Source of the DNA: Microbotryum violaceum
Lineage: Eukaryota
Direction of reading: 5' to 3'
Length of the DNA stretch: 64,000 nt
Assembly: GCA_001244265.2 (NCBI GenBank)
Contig: LN717261.1
Coordinates: 3,177,591-3,241,590 of the forward strand
Shown: positions 30,001 through 41,300 of the stretch, piece by piece
Position numbering within the stretch: the stretch's first letter is position 1
How the letters are laid out: each line of letters opens with the position of its first letter
Made by a program: the position numbers and the translations under genes
The notes under the pieces: generated by a model
Database searches by the model: none
What the model was told of the DNA's origin: nothing
The model's input: only the letters and a program-made list of their open reading frames with translations

Positions 30001-30603
30001 GAACCCGACGCTTTTCCGAGGACCCGATGGCGAGGTGATGACTCCGTCTTCGTTTGTGAACGCGTCCAAACGCCACCAAGCCTTCCTCTACCCTCCTATC
30101 CTCCCTCTCGGTCATCAGAGGGTTTTCTGTCTCCCGAGCAACGCTGGAATGCCTGGTGGAAGGCGCTACGCAAGATTCGCAGGGTTCATTCGGACGCCGA
30201 AGACACGGCCCACCTCCTCTCCCTAGGTTCACTTCATCCAGGTAGCCAAATCGCTTCTCCGAATAGCCGTTCTCTCCACAATCGATCTACCGCATGTGTC
30301 ATGTGCCTGTCGGAGGCTCCGGAGACCCTGGCACACCTTGCGGTCGGTTGCCCGTTTGCCCGCCGCCTCTGGTCTGCGCTCACTCCTATCCCACACCCCG
30401 ACTTTGTTCAGTTCGTGTGCCCGGTCGTTTCTCGCTCGGAACGCCGACCCGTCGAGCTGCGTCTACTCTTCTTCCACGCGATCTGGAAGCTCTCTCGTCG
30501 CCGTCGATTTTCGTCGGATCCTCTGGAGCCGATCGCCGAAACGGCATTTGAGGAGCTCCGCGCGTCCATCCAGGAGTCCAAGGGACGACTGGTTTCGCTG
30601 TAA
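27035..30603 (+). CDS. LINE ORF2: AP endonuclease, reverse transcriptase and C-terminal zinc finger, with apparent frameshifts
   Basis: AANVQS, LLSET, VSIYAP, GGDWN, RLDRIY, STH (APE); SPGPDG, RPISLIN, DFEKAYD, GVRQGDPLAP, FADD, FRYLG (RT); CVMC...HLAVGC; shifts at ~29210, ~29545, ~29915, ~30135. Confidence 0.9.
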
Positions 30604-30772
30604 CCGCCTAAGGGGGTTTTAGTGGGTATGGTTGATTTTGTTCCAAGGTCAACGAGTCCCACACTACTGGCCTCGCCAGTGTGCTTAACTGCATTCCCTC
30701 CGTCTTTTCCGAGGATTTTTAGGCATTAATATAGATATGCTGTTAATGAAATCTATTAGATAAAAAAAAAAA

Positions 30773-33406
30773 GAATGCAGTTAAGCACACTGGCGAGGCC
30801 AGTAGTGTGGGACTCGTTGACCTTGGAACAAAATCAACCATACCCACTAAAACCCCTTAGGCGGTTACAGCGAAACCAGTCGTCCCTTGGACTCCTGGAT
30901 GGACGCGCGGAGCTCCTCAAATGCCGTTTCGGCGATCGGCTCCAGAGGATCCGACGAAAATCGACGGCGACGAGAGAGCTTCCAGATCGCGTGGAAGAAG
31001 AGTAGACGCAGCTCGACGGGTCGGCGTTCCGAGCGAGAAACGACCGGGCACACGAACTGAACAAAGTCGGGGTGTGGGATAGGAGTGAGCGCAGACCAGA
31101 GGCGGCGGGCAAACGGGCAACCGACCGCAAGGTGTGCCAGGGTCTCCGGAGCCTCCGACAGGCACATGACACATGCGGTAGATCGATTGTGGAGAGAACG
31201 GCTATTTGGAGAAGCGATTTGGCTACCTGGATGAAGTGAACCTAGGGAGAGGAGGTGGGCCGTGTCTTCGGCGTCCGAATGAACCCTGCGAATCTTGCAT
31301 AGCGCCTTCCACCAGGCATTCCAGCGTTGCTCGGGAGACAGAAAACCCTCTGATGACCGAGAGGGAGGATAGGAGGGTAGAGGAAGGCTTGGTGGCGTTT
31401 GGACGCGTTCACAAACGAAGACGGAGTCATCACCTCGCCATCGGGTCCTCGGAAAAGCGTCGGGTTCACCGAGAGTCGGATTCCGTGGCCTGCTGGGAAG
31501 TAGAGGACGTGTGTTGCCCACCGCTCCAGATTCGGGCTCTTGGAAAGTTCGGGGGGTTCAGCGTTGTCACCAAATCCCAGGCTTCGAAAAAGCGGATCCA
31601 TCGTGGAGGGAGCAGGGCCTTCGTCTTCCTCACTGCGCGTTCCCACTGTGGAGGAGGGTGGCAAAAGTAGGCCCACCAGATCCAGACCCACGAGCGACGA
31701 TGTGGGTTGGGGCCTGATTTGGGCAAGGTAAAGGGGGTGCGTTCGTTCGCCGCCTGAAGGCGAGTGCGGATGTCGAAGAGGTGCCGAATGAAGCAGCCGT
31801 CCGGGTCCCGAAGATGAAAGACCCACTTGGCGTGATCGACCGCGAGGCGCCGAGGTAAGTCAATCAAGCCAAAGCCGCCGTGGTCGAGAGGGGTGCAGAG
31901 GCGCAGCCGAGAGACCTTCGGGGTTTCTGAGATCCGTCCGAGGCTCGACCGTGGATAGCGATCATGACCGCGTCCTCGATCTCCTTGACGACGCTCTTGG
32001 AAGCTGGGATGAAACGATTATGGTAGAGAATCTTCGTGTAGCAGTAGATATTGATTATCGAACATTTCGCTGCGTACGGAAGGTCGTACATTGGGATGGA
32101 TCGTATCCGGGCGACGGTCGCGGACTTGACCTCCTCCCAGCCCGCATCCTCGGCGATGTCCACCCCAACCTGCACTCCCAGGTAACGAAACTGCGAGTCG
32201 CTGAGACGCCAGGACCCGAGGTGTGAAGGGATCGGACGGTCCCTGAATGACCCGAGGGGGTAGAGGAAAGATTTGGCGTTGCTGAGCTTGCTGGCACTTG
32301 CCCGCTCGTACAGCTCGATCGCCCGATTGAGGTGGTCGAGGTCCGAGGTGTCGTGGAGAGCACAGCAGGCATCGTCGGCAAAGAGAAGTTCTCGTATGGT
32401 TGGGAGTCCCGGGCTCGCGATGCCCTTGACTTGTGACCGCAACTGTACGGCGAAGCCCTCAATTGCGAGAACGAAGAGCGACGGAGCCAGCGGGTCGCCT
32501 TGTCGAACTCCCGAGAGGATATCGAACGCGGCCGAGAGCCATCCGTTGAGGTAGATTGAGGCGGATTGGTTTGTATAGGTCGCTCGGTACCATTGGCAGG
32601 CTTTCGGGCCAAGGCCAACGGCGCTGAGGACTGCATCGATGTAGGTGTGGGAAAGACGGTCGTAAGCCTTCTCGAAGTCCATCACTGCGAGCAGACCGGA
32701 CACCGGCTCTGAACCCGGGAGCCCAGGATCCATGAGACACTGCACCTCGGCGATGTTCGTGCCAATCCAGCGGTTCGGAATGAAACCGCGCTGGGTCGAG
32801 CCGATCAGGGTCTCGAGCAGAGGGGCAAGGCGCTGGTTGTGGGCTTGGGAGATGATGCGTTCATCAGCGTTGATGAGTGATATGGGGCGTTTGTTCACCA
32901 GCCGATCCCTCTCGCCGCGCTTGTGGATGAGGTGGATGTGGGCAGTGTGGCGGGCCGACGTTCGAGAACTGGCGTCGTCGGTGGGGATCGAGTTGATGAC
33001 GTCGCGGAGGATGGGGCCTGTGGCTGTCCACGTTGCGCGGTAAAACTCGACCGGGAGACCGTCGGGTCCAGGCGAGGAGTTCGACTTACACGCCTCTTGT
33101 GCCTTTGTTATCTCCTCTAGGGGGTACGCTCCTTCGAGCTTGTCCGAATCGGCAGGGGATAGGCGAGTCGAGGCGAGACCGTCGATAATCTTCTCCAAGG
33201 CGTCGTCATCGATAGCGCGATCCTCGTAGACCCCTTCGAAGTACTTGCTAGCGGCTCCAAGCATCGAGTCGGGGTCGGAGTGGACGACATTGTCGACCGA
33301 GAGGGAAGGGATGAGGTCGGATGCGCGCACTTTGCGTAGGCGGATGAAGATGGAAGATGGGCCCGCGAGGGAAGGATCAATGCGGGACCGCAGCGCCGCG
33401 CCGTAG
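30773..33406 (-). mobile_element. 5'-truncated LINE copy 2 (RT to 3' UTR), antisense to copy 1
   Basis: Near-identical reverse complement of 28063-30696; TSD AGATTC at 25525-25530 and 33405-33410 brackets copy 2 together with nested copy 1. Confidence 0.95.
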
Positions 33407-33410
33407 ATTC

Positions 33411-33540
33411 AGCTGCAAAACCATGCTTAACTGCATTTCCTTCGGCTTTTCCAGAGATTTCTAGGTATTAGGATATAGCGCGCGGCTGAGAACCTTATTT
33501 TGGGGTGCATTCTTTTATGTAGTAGATTATAGTATCATTT
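33411..33540. mobile_element. Diverged LINE 3'-UTR remnants (plus-strand UTR followed by an antisense tail)
   Basis: TGCTTAACTGCATTTCCTTCGGCTTTTCCAGAGATTTCTAGGTATTA resembles 30682-30730; TGCATTCTTTTATGTAGTAGATT (33506-33528) resembles the antisense tail junction. Confidence 0.7.
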
Positions 33541-33862
33541 TAATTCATCAAATGATAGATGATAAACAAAGATGAGATCCTATTCGAGTCCATTTCAATT
33601 TGAAAAGGCTCGTTGGCGGTCGCGCTGGTGGCGCTCTTAACCTCTTGGTGCGCCCGCGCAACCTTTCCTGCCGGCGCGCGGCGGGAATGCAGTCTGCGCG
33701 TAGCGCAGAAAATTTCTGGGCGTTGTACAGCTCGCAGAGTAGTTTTGAGAAATTATCCAACACTAGGTCATATTTGGACTTTTTCAGTCAGAATCCGGGA
33801 AAATGTTGGACATTTTGCCTCGAAAAAGGCCGTTTTGAGAGGCCGCCTATGGCTGGGCTTTC

Positions 33863-34010
33863 GCCTCACGCTTGCCCTCGCGCGCGGCGCCGCCGCGTCT
33901 CTTGACCTTAGTCCTTTGAGTAGTCTTTCTTCACCTGCGAATTACACCGTTTGATCCTTCCAGTTTGGACTCGGAACCAGTGAGGCTCGAGAGCAATCTC
34001 GTGCCTTGCA
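33863..34010 (+). mobile_element. 5'-truncated family-A LTR
   Basis: Matches the 3' ~150 bp of 47194-47393 and ends in CA. Confidence 0.85.
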
Positions 34011-34149
34011 CCGCTTCGTCCCCGACCCATTGAGTCAATTCGTTCTTGACAGCTTTGCAATTGGACCGTCGCTTTGTGTAATGCGCGAAGTTTGACTACG
34101 CAGTTGCACAAATGCTGGAAATCTAGATATGTCATGGGACATCAGGGTT

Positions 34150-35980
34150 ATCAGGTGGCAATACTCATAAAAGATAGGACGCGCGCCGCACCTGAAGCTG
34201 CAAGCTCCTTCGTGCGATCGTATTCTTGTTGGTAAGTTCTTAGCTGTTGCTGCAAGCGAGCCTTCGCTTCATCGGAAGCCATTGGATCGAATCTGAACAC
34301 ACAAGGCCAAGACACAGTGTCAATTTTACGCCCTCGTCCTCCAATGGGGTTTGACGCGCCGAACGTACAGCCTTTCTTCCATGTGGTGTAGCCTCTGTAC
34401 AATGTTAAACAGCTCTAATCGCTCCTTGTCCTCGTTCTCCCGACGTTGACCCGCCGTTGTGGCCGCTTGAGCAGCTCGTTGTAAATCCCATTGCGCGAGA
34501 AGGTCAGACTCGGACCATACTGCCGAAACGTCACTCATATCAGTTTGTGCCCTTCCAAGCTGATCTTGAGCATTCGAAGGGACCGCACAATTAAGTAACG
34601 AACACGGCGTGAAAGTGTGGATGGCAGAGTATACCGAGGCTGTCAACACCGTTCTTGTTCATCAGGTCGATGCGACGCGAGATGTTGACGCGCCGGTGAG
34701 AACAGCAGTTCGTGTCTTGGCGCAGACGGAGTTCGTCACACCGACCCAAGACCGGTAGACCTGTTATCGAGCTATCCGTGCAGTGTCGAGGGTCGGCCCG
34801 GTGCGCATTCCGTCGTCTTGGCGTCGGCTGGGACAGACGCCAAGCGGGCTTGGAGGGGGGGGGGAGAGGGCGAAAATGGATCGAGCACCAATCGGTAGGG
34901 TGGGTTCTATACCCCAGCCTTCTTCAGTAGTAGGTAATAGCAAGACGGAGAAAACAAAAGACCATCGGTTTTGTCATCAGAAGCTGATTGCAGGAGGAGG
35001 AGCCTCCGACTTTCGGACCGACTCCCATCGAAAGAGACATAGAGGTAATTTAATTGAGGCCATTCATGCAAAGTGTGCTGAGTCATACCGACATCCGAAT
35101 GAAGGCCTCTGACAGGACTACGGAATCCGCGAGATTGCCCATTGACAATGGGCATATGTACTTCGGTAGGGGGATCACGGTAGAGTAACTTTGTCCATGA
35201 CGGTCGTCTGACTAGCGGTCGATGAGTCTGCCGATCGGTCGGGCATCGTTTTGCATCGGTGCCGATGCAGCTGCCGATCAAACTCACGGCGGCTCGGCGG
35301 CTCGAGCTTCTGCTTCTACACGTTGCGTTTGCCCGACACATAATTATTATTCTCTGCTTAGATCAGATATTCAGGCAAAAAGACAGCACATTTTGTTTGG
35401 CGAGTCCTGCCTACTTTAGCCGCTACTGAATGGTGAAGGGTGAAAGTCTTGGTGCGGCTACGTAGTGGCTTATCTTTTAGGTACATGTAACTTACTGCGA
35501 TGTCTTCACCGGCGTCAACAGTCAGCACTACTCGCATTGCTTCTTGAGTTGCCAAGGGAAAGGCGGCCCAGCCTTCTCAGCGCTCGATCTGATCCCCAGC
35601 GCTGCCGATTCGACTCGGTAGCGAGCCCAAGATTGTTGGCGCACTTTGGCAGTTTTCCATGGTAGCTGTCGAAGAAGGGATACATGGGGTGAATTTTATG
35701 GTAACGTGGTATAGTGATTCTCAGGAAGGTAACGAGGTCGGCACCCCTTCAAGAGCTTTCAGAGATTGATTGCGGATTCGAAAGTGGCTCGAAAACCGCT
35801 GCAAGGCACGCCTTTGGCTGCCGCCGCCGCCGACGTTTCGGCATCTTCTCTCGATGTATGCGTTTTAGTTCCGAAGAAAGCTAATAAATGTTTCTCTCGT
35901 TTCAATTCAAATTCGATCGAATCAGCAGGAAACATAGAAAACCTTAATCGCCACCGCCGGACCACCCTAGCTCATAGCAT
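34150..35980 (-). pseudogene. Decayed transposase-like ORF, possibly KDZ (CxC1-associated)
   Basis: WSESDLLAQWDLQRAAQ...KERLELF recalls the C-terminal region of basidiomycete CxC1-KDZ proteins; many stops; catalytic motifs not recognisable. Confidence 0.35.
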
Positions 35981-37724
35981 GGCAACGGCGCCTCGTGGGA
36001 AATTTCGATCGCTGAGGAAGCGAAGGGAAAAGCTTTCGGCTCCCTCGGACCTGAAGCACTCCAACCGACAAAAAGTCTTCCTTACCTTTTAATGAATACG
36101 TGGGACGGTGAACGGTTCGCGAAGGGCGCGGTTACAAGACGCCTACACTGCTTTTGAGTTTGTCATGCGAGGCACACGGCAGTGACGGGTTGATACGGTA
36201 CGGTAGGGTGAGGAGCTCGAGTCCACTGTGCGATCTCGACTTGTTGGGAGGTGGGCCACCTAGTGGCGTGCATGACCTGGCTCGAGCTTAGGGCACAAGG
36301 TACGCAGAAACTCGACCCTCTGTTAGACATTATCTGAAACTACGTGGTTCGGTCGCTTTGGGTATCGACTGGCACTACTGGGCCTTTTCGAGACTTTTGA
36401 TCAGCTGCAAGCCGGGCTAGGTACGGTAGGTACAGCGAAGGTAGGTAGGCCGGGCTAGGTAGCGGGCTAGGTAGGTACAGCAAGGCTGGCAGGGACTAGG
36501 CTACCACAACAAGCCAAGAAAACAAAACAAAAAATCAGCTGAACAGCATCGTGGAAGTCGTAATCGCTCGAGAACACGATCTATTAGGTAAAACTAGTTA
36601 GGTAAAAAAGGAAGAACACCAGTAGTGTGCCCCTGATCAACACGATGCAGGCGCGCCGAAATGATCCCTGTGAGATCCGGAAGTTGCAAGCACGAAGAAG
36701 CTCTTTGAGTGCGTTCTCGAAGGCCAGCTGATGGTGCGAGATGGAGACTCCGCGCCCGCTTCTTAGGGCGGGAGTTGAGGGGAAACTGAGATGTCTCACT
36801 TGGGAAGGCCCGCCGGAGGCTCAAAGAGCCAGAGGCGCGCACCCCGGAGTCCGACGCGTCGCGACGCGTTAATTTGGGTGGAAGGAGGCACGGGCCATTT
36901 CCCATTCTTCGAGCAGGTTTCAGCAAGTAGCTGCGGAAAGGGGGCGGGCAGCATTATCGAAGGAGCGATAATGGAGACTGTAGCAACTTGTCACCTATGC
37001 CGAGTGGGTAAATTGTCTCGTCCACCCGATCGGCCCGGTCTCGGGAGCTTTCTCAATGTTGGCACAACTTGGCGCATTTCTTCAAGGACCCCGGGGGTGG
37101 TCAAAAAGAAAGATTACAAGTAGAGCCAGTCATCGATGGACAATGATAGTTTCGATTCGAGACAACCGTCTTCCGTCATCGACGCGGTCGATGCCGGCAC
37201 CCGCAGTCCGATTGCGCTAGCTTCCATCGCCATTTGCCCACCCATCTCAACCTCACGAAGTCTACGTTTCGATTGAGCATGATCTGATCGTTCAGATCAT
37301 CCAAGCTTCAAGCGTTTCTCTATAGACTTGTCCCTAATGCAGCTCAAAGCCGAGCGGCTGGGCCTGAATTTGCTTGGGCTTGGACAAGGCCCAAGCTCTA
37401 TCATCGAATCGCTAATTCCGGAGCGCATGCGCCTCGTCGATCAGATGCTGCACCGATCCGTTAAGTTCCTGGAAACTCTATCACAATAGAGGTCCCTGCA
37501 GCTTCCAAACTCCGAATTGAATCCAATCAACGCCTGTAAGACGCGAGCAATCGAGCAAAATGAACTCGCTATCCCAGATTAGGTCCGTCGGGGTTGGTTG
37601 AAATCTTCGCGTCCAGCATATATCACCGTACCAGAGCCCGTGCGCGATATTCCGAGTGCAGAACTGGCTTCTATGGTATAGCAAAGCGGTCGATAAAAGA
37701 TGATATGGAATGTTAAGGGAAAAC

Positions 37725-37895
37725 GATGGAACCGAGACCGAAGACGAGGGAGACGAAATACGAGAGACGAGAGACGAGAGAGCGACCGGAACGGCCGAGA
37801 GACGAGAGACGAGAAAGGGGCCCAAATCGAGAAACGAGACCGAGTGCGAGAACGAAACGCTGAGACTGGAGACCGGAGATGAGAGACGAGACTTG
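37725..37895. repeat. Degenerate (GAGAC)n microsatellite
   Basis: Repeated GAGAC/CGAGA units; a similar shorter tract lies at ~55575-55605. Confidence 0.8.
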
Positions 37896-40800
37896 AAACA
37901 CGCAGAAAGTGAGAACCAGCTAATACGCTGTATTTAATCCTAGAATAAAAATAAGAAGCAAAGTCTCCTCAACCGTTCCGACGATTCAAACCGCTGCGCT
38001 CCTTTCGTTCCCCTTCATCCCTTCATCCGCGCATCCGGCCCGGTCTTCCACTCACATCCCTCCACATGATTCGTCGCTGGCAGTCAATCATCGAGTCACC
38101 GAAGTACTGAGTTAATCTGGGACCGCTTAAACGCTGAGAAATCTGCCGCAATCGGCGTTTTGACCCTGCCCGGACTAGTGGAAATTGAAACGACTCCCGC
38201 CTCGGCCCTCGAAACGACTTCGGAACTCGACCCTGCTTCGACCTTAACGACTTCGGAACTCGATCCTGCTTCGACCAAGACGACTCCGCTACAACCGCTG
38301 CTTACGATGGATTTCCGAGTACCACAGACCCCGCTAAAATGACGCGACCTCGCTTCAACCGGAATGACTCCTGACGGGGCCCGGTCTGTCGGAAATGACC
38401 CGACGGGATCCCGGGTACCACACTTCTGGTCAATGTTATGGAGCTTTAAGGGAGAGTACATGCGAGGATAGTATCGTCGTGAGTGAAGAGGCATGAAATG
38501 CCCAGGCATCGTGCAAGCAGTAGCGGTACGAGTGGGCGTCCAGCAGCGCGGTAACTTTTAGGGGTTAACACGGTCGACCGGGTGATTTGTGCACTGTCAC
38601 CGAAAGGAATGATCAAGTTAATTGTCTTAGTCTTATCACGTCCATCCTACTGCTATGTTTTTGGTTTCTACACCGCTTCCGTGATAGCACCTGAGATACG
38701 CATCAGTGAAACAGCTGCCGGCCGGCTTGGGCTCGAACCTGCACGATTCTGCAGTTCGTCTAGGGTCGGGTTTCGTACCGAAGGACCTGGAGAAAGAAGG
38801 GTCTCATCTGTCTCGGGTCTCACATTCCGTAGTGTGATTAGTAAGAAATGATAGCCTTCCGTTGGCGCTACTCGATTGTTCTTCGCGTGGCGTGACATTC
38901 CGAGACACTGGACTCGAGGCGCCAGAATAGGCTCATCTCGAAGTCTTTCTGGTAGTTCGAACACGCACTTTCGTAGATGTAGGAAGATACGGTCCCACAA
39001 CGAAGCGTTTGATCGTTTCGACTGATGGCTTGTGGGTGAAGAATAGGAGCTATTAGGGGGGCAAGCAATTATTACCCACTGCTGGTCAATTTTCAACGGT
39101 TCTCGGCGGCTTTCAATTCCAAGGACGCCGAGCCCATGGTAGTCGGTCCTAACATAATCTGGGAACTATCACAGGCCCACTGAAATATCCGCACGTGCCA
39201 AGACAACCTTGTCTACTCGTGCCGGGCTTGACGAGCTCCTGGCGTTGCGGGACCGGTAAATGTGAACTGCGGTCGAGTCCACGAGACTGCTCCCACTCGA
39301 AGGTGCTGCGCGCACGCAGTCCTTGTAAGGTTCTGATTCTGCATTGTAATGCGGTGAGTAATTTGCACTGAAATGCAATTAGTCGTCAAACCTCTGAAGT
39401 GTTGATCTCGGTGCTTGTGAGTGTCGCGAACAGTTAACTATGTCCGGGCCAAATTACTGTCGAAGATAAATGCTGAGCCCGCGCTGCGTGACCATGAAGA
39501 AAGGGTACCAAGCAGCACTTGACAAGCTTCCTAAGAAAAAGCTGCATTATCTGTTTGACGACGCAGTGGATGTCTCCCGTCCGACATGAAGTGTTAGGTA
39601 GCTGACCTTGGTAGGGTCGCCGGCGGCCGGGTCCGACTTAGGCGGCTTCGGAATTCTCTTAAGAGCCCTTTCATGTTGCCGCCTCGCTGATGGTTGGGGC
39701 TCAATTTATGCCGTTGAGCTAGATAGAAATGGACGTCTTCTGAGAAGGAGCTGAAAAGGACTCGGTACTGTGGTCTCGCGGATCAACAGCCCCGGGGTTA
39801 TTATTCTCTTGGATGGCGCCAATCCAAAAATACCCTCTTACGGGCTGGAGGCTGGAAGCGCACCGCGCACCGCTCACGCGCTCCCAGCCCCTCCCCTCAA
39901 CCCGAGCTTCTCATACGAAAAGAGCTCGCATAAAGGAGGCTGCTTTGAACATATTCGATCTTCGCTGGTCAAGACTCTGGCGCGCAGAGACGGCTGCTTG
40001 TTCCATGGAACTTATCATCCCTCACTGCATTTGAAGCTGTGAAAAAACCTCGGGATTTGCTCTACAAAAAGCGTGATCCTGTAATCGGAACGTTCGAGAG
40101 TCCTCACAAAACAAATGTACTACGAAGCGCTCACATCTAGATCGCGGCGGGAGGAAACAAAGCGACGTCAAAGGAGAATCATGACACACACAGCAGCAGC
40201 GCTGCAACATCCGATAGTCATCCGATCGGGCGCCGCATCGGCCATGCATCAGAATGTCGCCGCCCGAGTGTCGACTCGACCGTAATGAACGCGTCGACGA
40301 CGCGCCGGAACCCCTTCCGCGCGCGCGCCCCTTGTCTGTCTTATTACTTCTCTGCAGGCGGGACGGCCGTAACAGGCAATTTTGAAGCTTCACCGCGATG
40401 GGCCAGCTGCGCCCCCGGCGGCTCTGCTCTCTTTGAGTGAGTCATAACTACCACAAGGGGTCTCAAAACAAAGCGACATGAGTGTAACTGCGCATTGATT
40501 ATGTTCAACAAGGACCTAACATTCTTCCCTTAATCAGCCGCATAATAAAGAGTGGCGAATACGACCGAGTCTGTTGGGGACCCCGTGCGCACGCAGAGTC
40601 GGCTTGGACCAAGACAAGCCAAAGGTTTTACGTGAGAGCGATTCGGCGGCGATCGGGGAGCGAGTAGAGAAACAGCTCGAAGGGGGAGGTCCCAAAATCG
40701 AAATTGGAACGGCGGTCAAAAAAGGGCGCCGCGAGTTTTGGAAATACAATCGCAATCTGGGCCGCACAACGTCCAAGGGGGCTGGAGGGCGCGCGCGCCG

Positions 40801-41300
40801 GTGTATGCGCGCCTGCCTCTTGTGGCGATGAGGCGCCGGCGCTTGTGCATTGTGCCTTGGAGACTCTGACGAGTTTCGGTCGCCTCATACCCCTTCTTCA
40901 CTCGCTCAGCCTCCCCCTTGTACCCCGCCCCATACATACATCCAGCCCGCCTGTCTATCCGCCAGCACATCCGCCCCGTAGCCCGACCGTTCCTTCTACA
41001 ACGACACAGCTTCGACTCGTCACGATCATCTACACGCTCTACACCCACGTACCCTTCGTTGTACACCTTCCACCTCGTCTCGAGTCAGCCTTCGCACCCC
41101 GCGCATCGGCACCCGCACGAGCCTCTCGCAGCACGGATTCTGAGTGTACGCACATAGACGCACCCCCTTGGGTTGCCCCTCTCGACGGAGGCCGCGTAGT
41201 AGGTGGGCATCGCGTACTCATCACGACCGGAATTGTATCCCCACAGGTTACCTACTTCCACCCACCCCTGTAATCGACTGTCGATCTTGGACAGTGCTTG

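Larger units (their letters stand above)
25608..30772 (+). mobile_element. Full-length non-LTR retrotransposon (L1/Tx1-like), copy 1
   Basis: Short 5' UTR, ORF1 with two CCHC knuckles, ORF2 APE-RT-zinc finger, structured 3' UTR, A11 tail at 30762-30772. Confidence 0.95.
24546..33863. mobile_element. Family-C TIR element hosting the LINE nest
   Basis: CGAAAGCCCGGCCAAAGGCGGCC at ~24554 is the inverted match of GGCCGCCTATGGCTGGGCTTTCG at 33841-33863; both ends carry TTGGACATT subterminal repeats. Confidence 0.55.

Noticed and set aside
25527-30776. LINE with genuine ~80-bp terminal inverted repeats (DIRS-like ITR/ICR or hairpin self-priming)
   Set aside because: The apparent ITRs are fully explained by nesting: the left repeat is the displaced tail of copy 2, supported by the AGATTC TSD. 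No tyrosine recombinase or RNase H is present.
30777-30850. 5S rRNA or Pol III box-A-like sequence (GCAGTTAAGC...AGTAGTGTGGG)
   Set aside because: Only short motif resemblance with no 5S helices or length; it is the antisense of the LINE 3' UTR.
28063-33406. Fold-back chimeric read or assembly artefact
   Set aside because: The arms carry CpG-type substitutions, a TSD brackets the structure, and the missing tail of copy 2 is found 5 kb away exactly where nesting predicts.
39770-40150. HNH endonuclease remnant (LARRDGCLFHG)
   Set aside because: A single short motif with no supporting downstream residues in frame.
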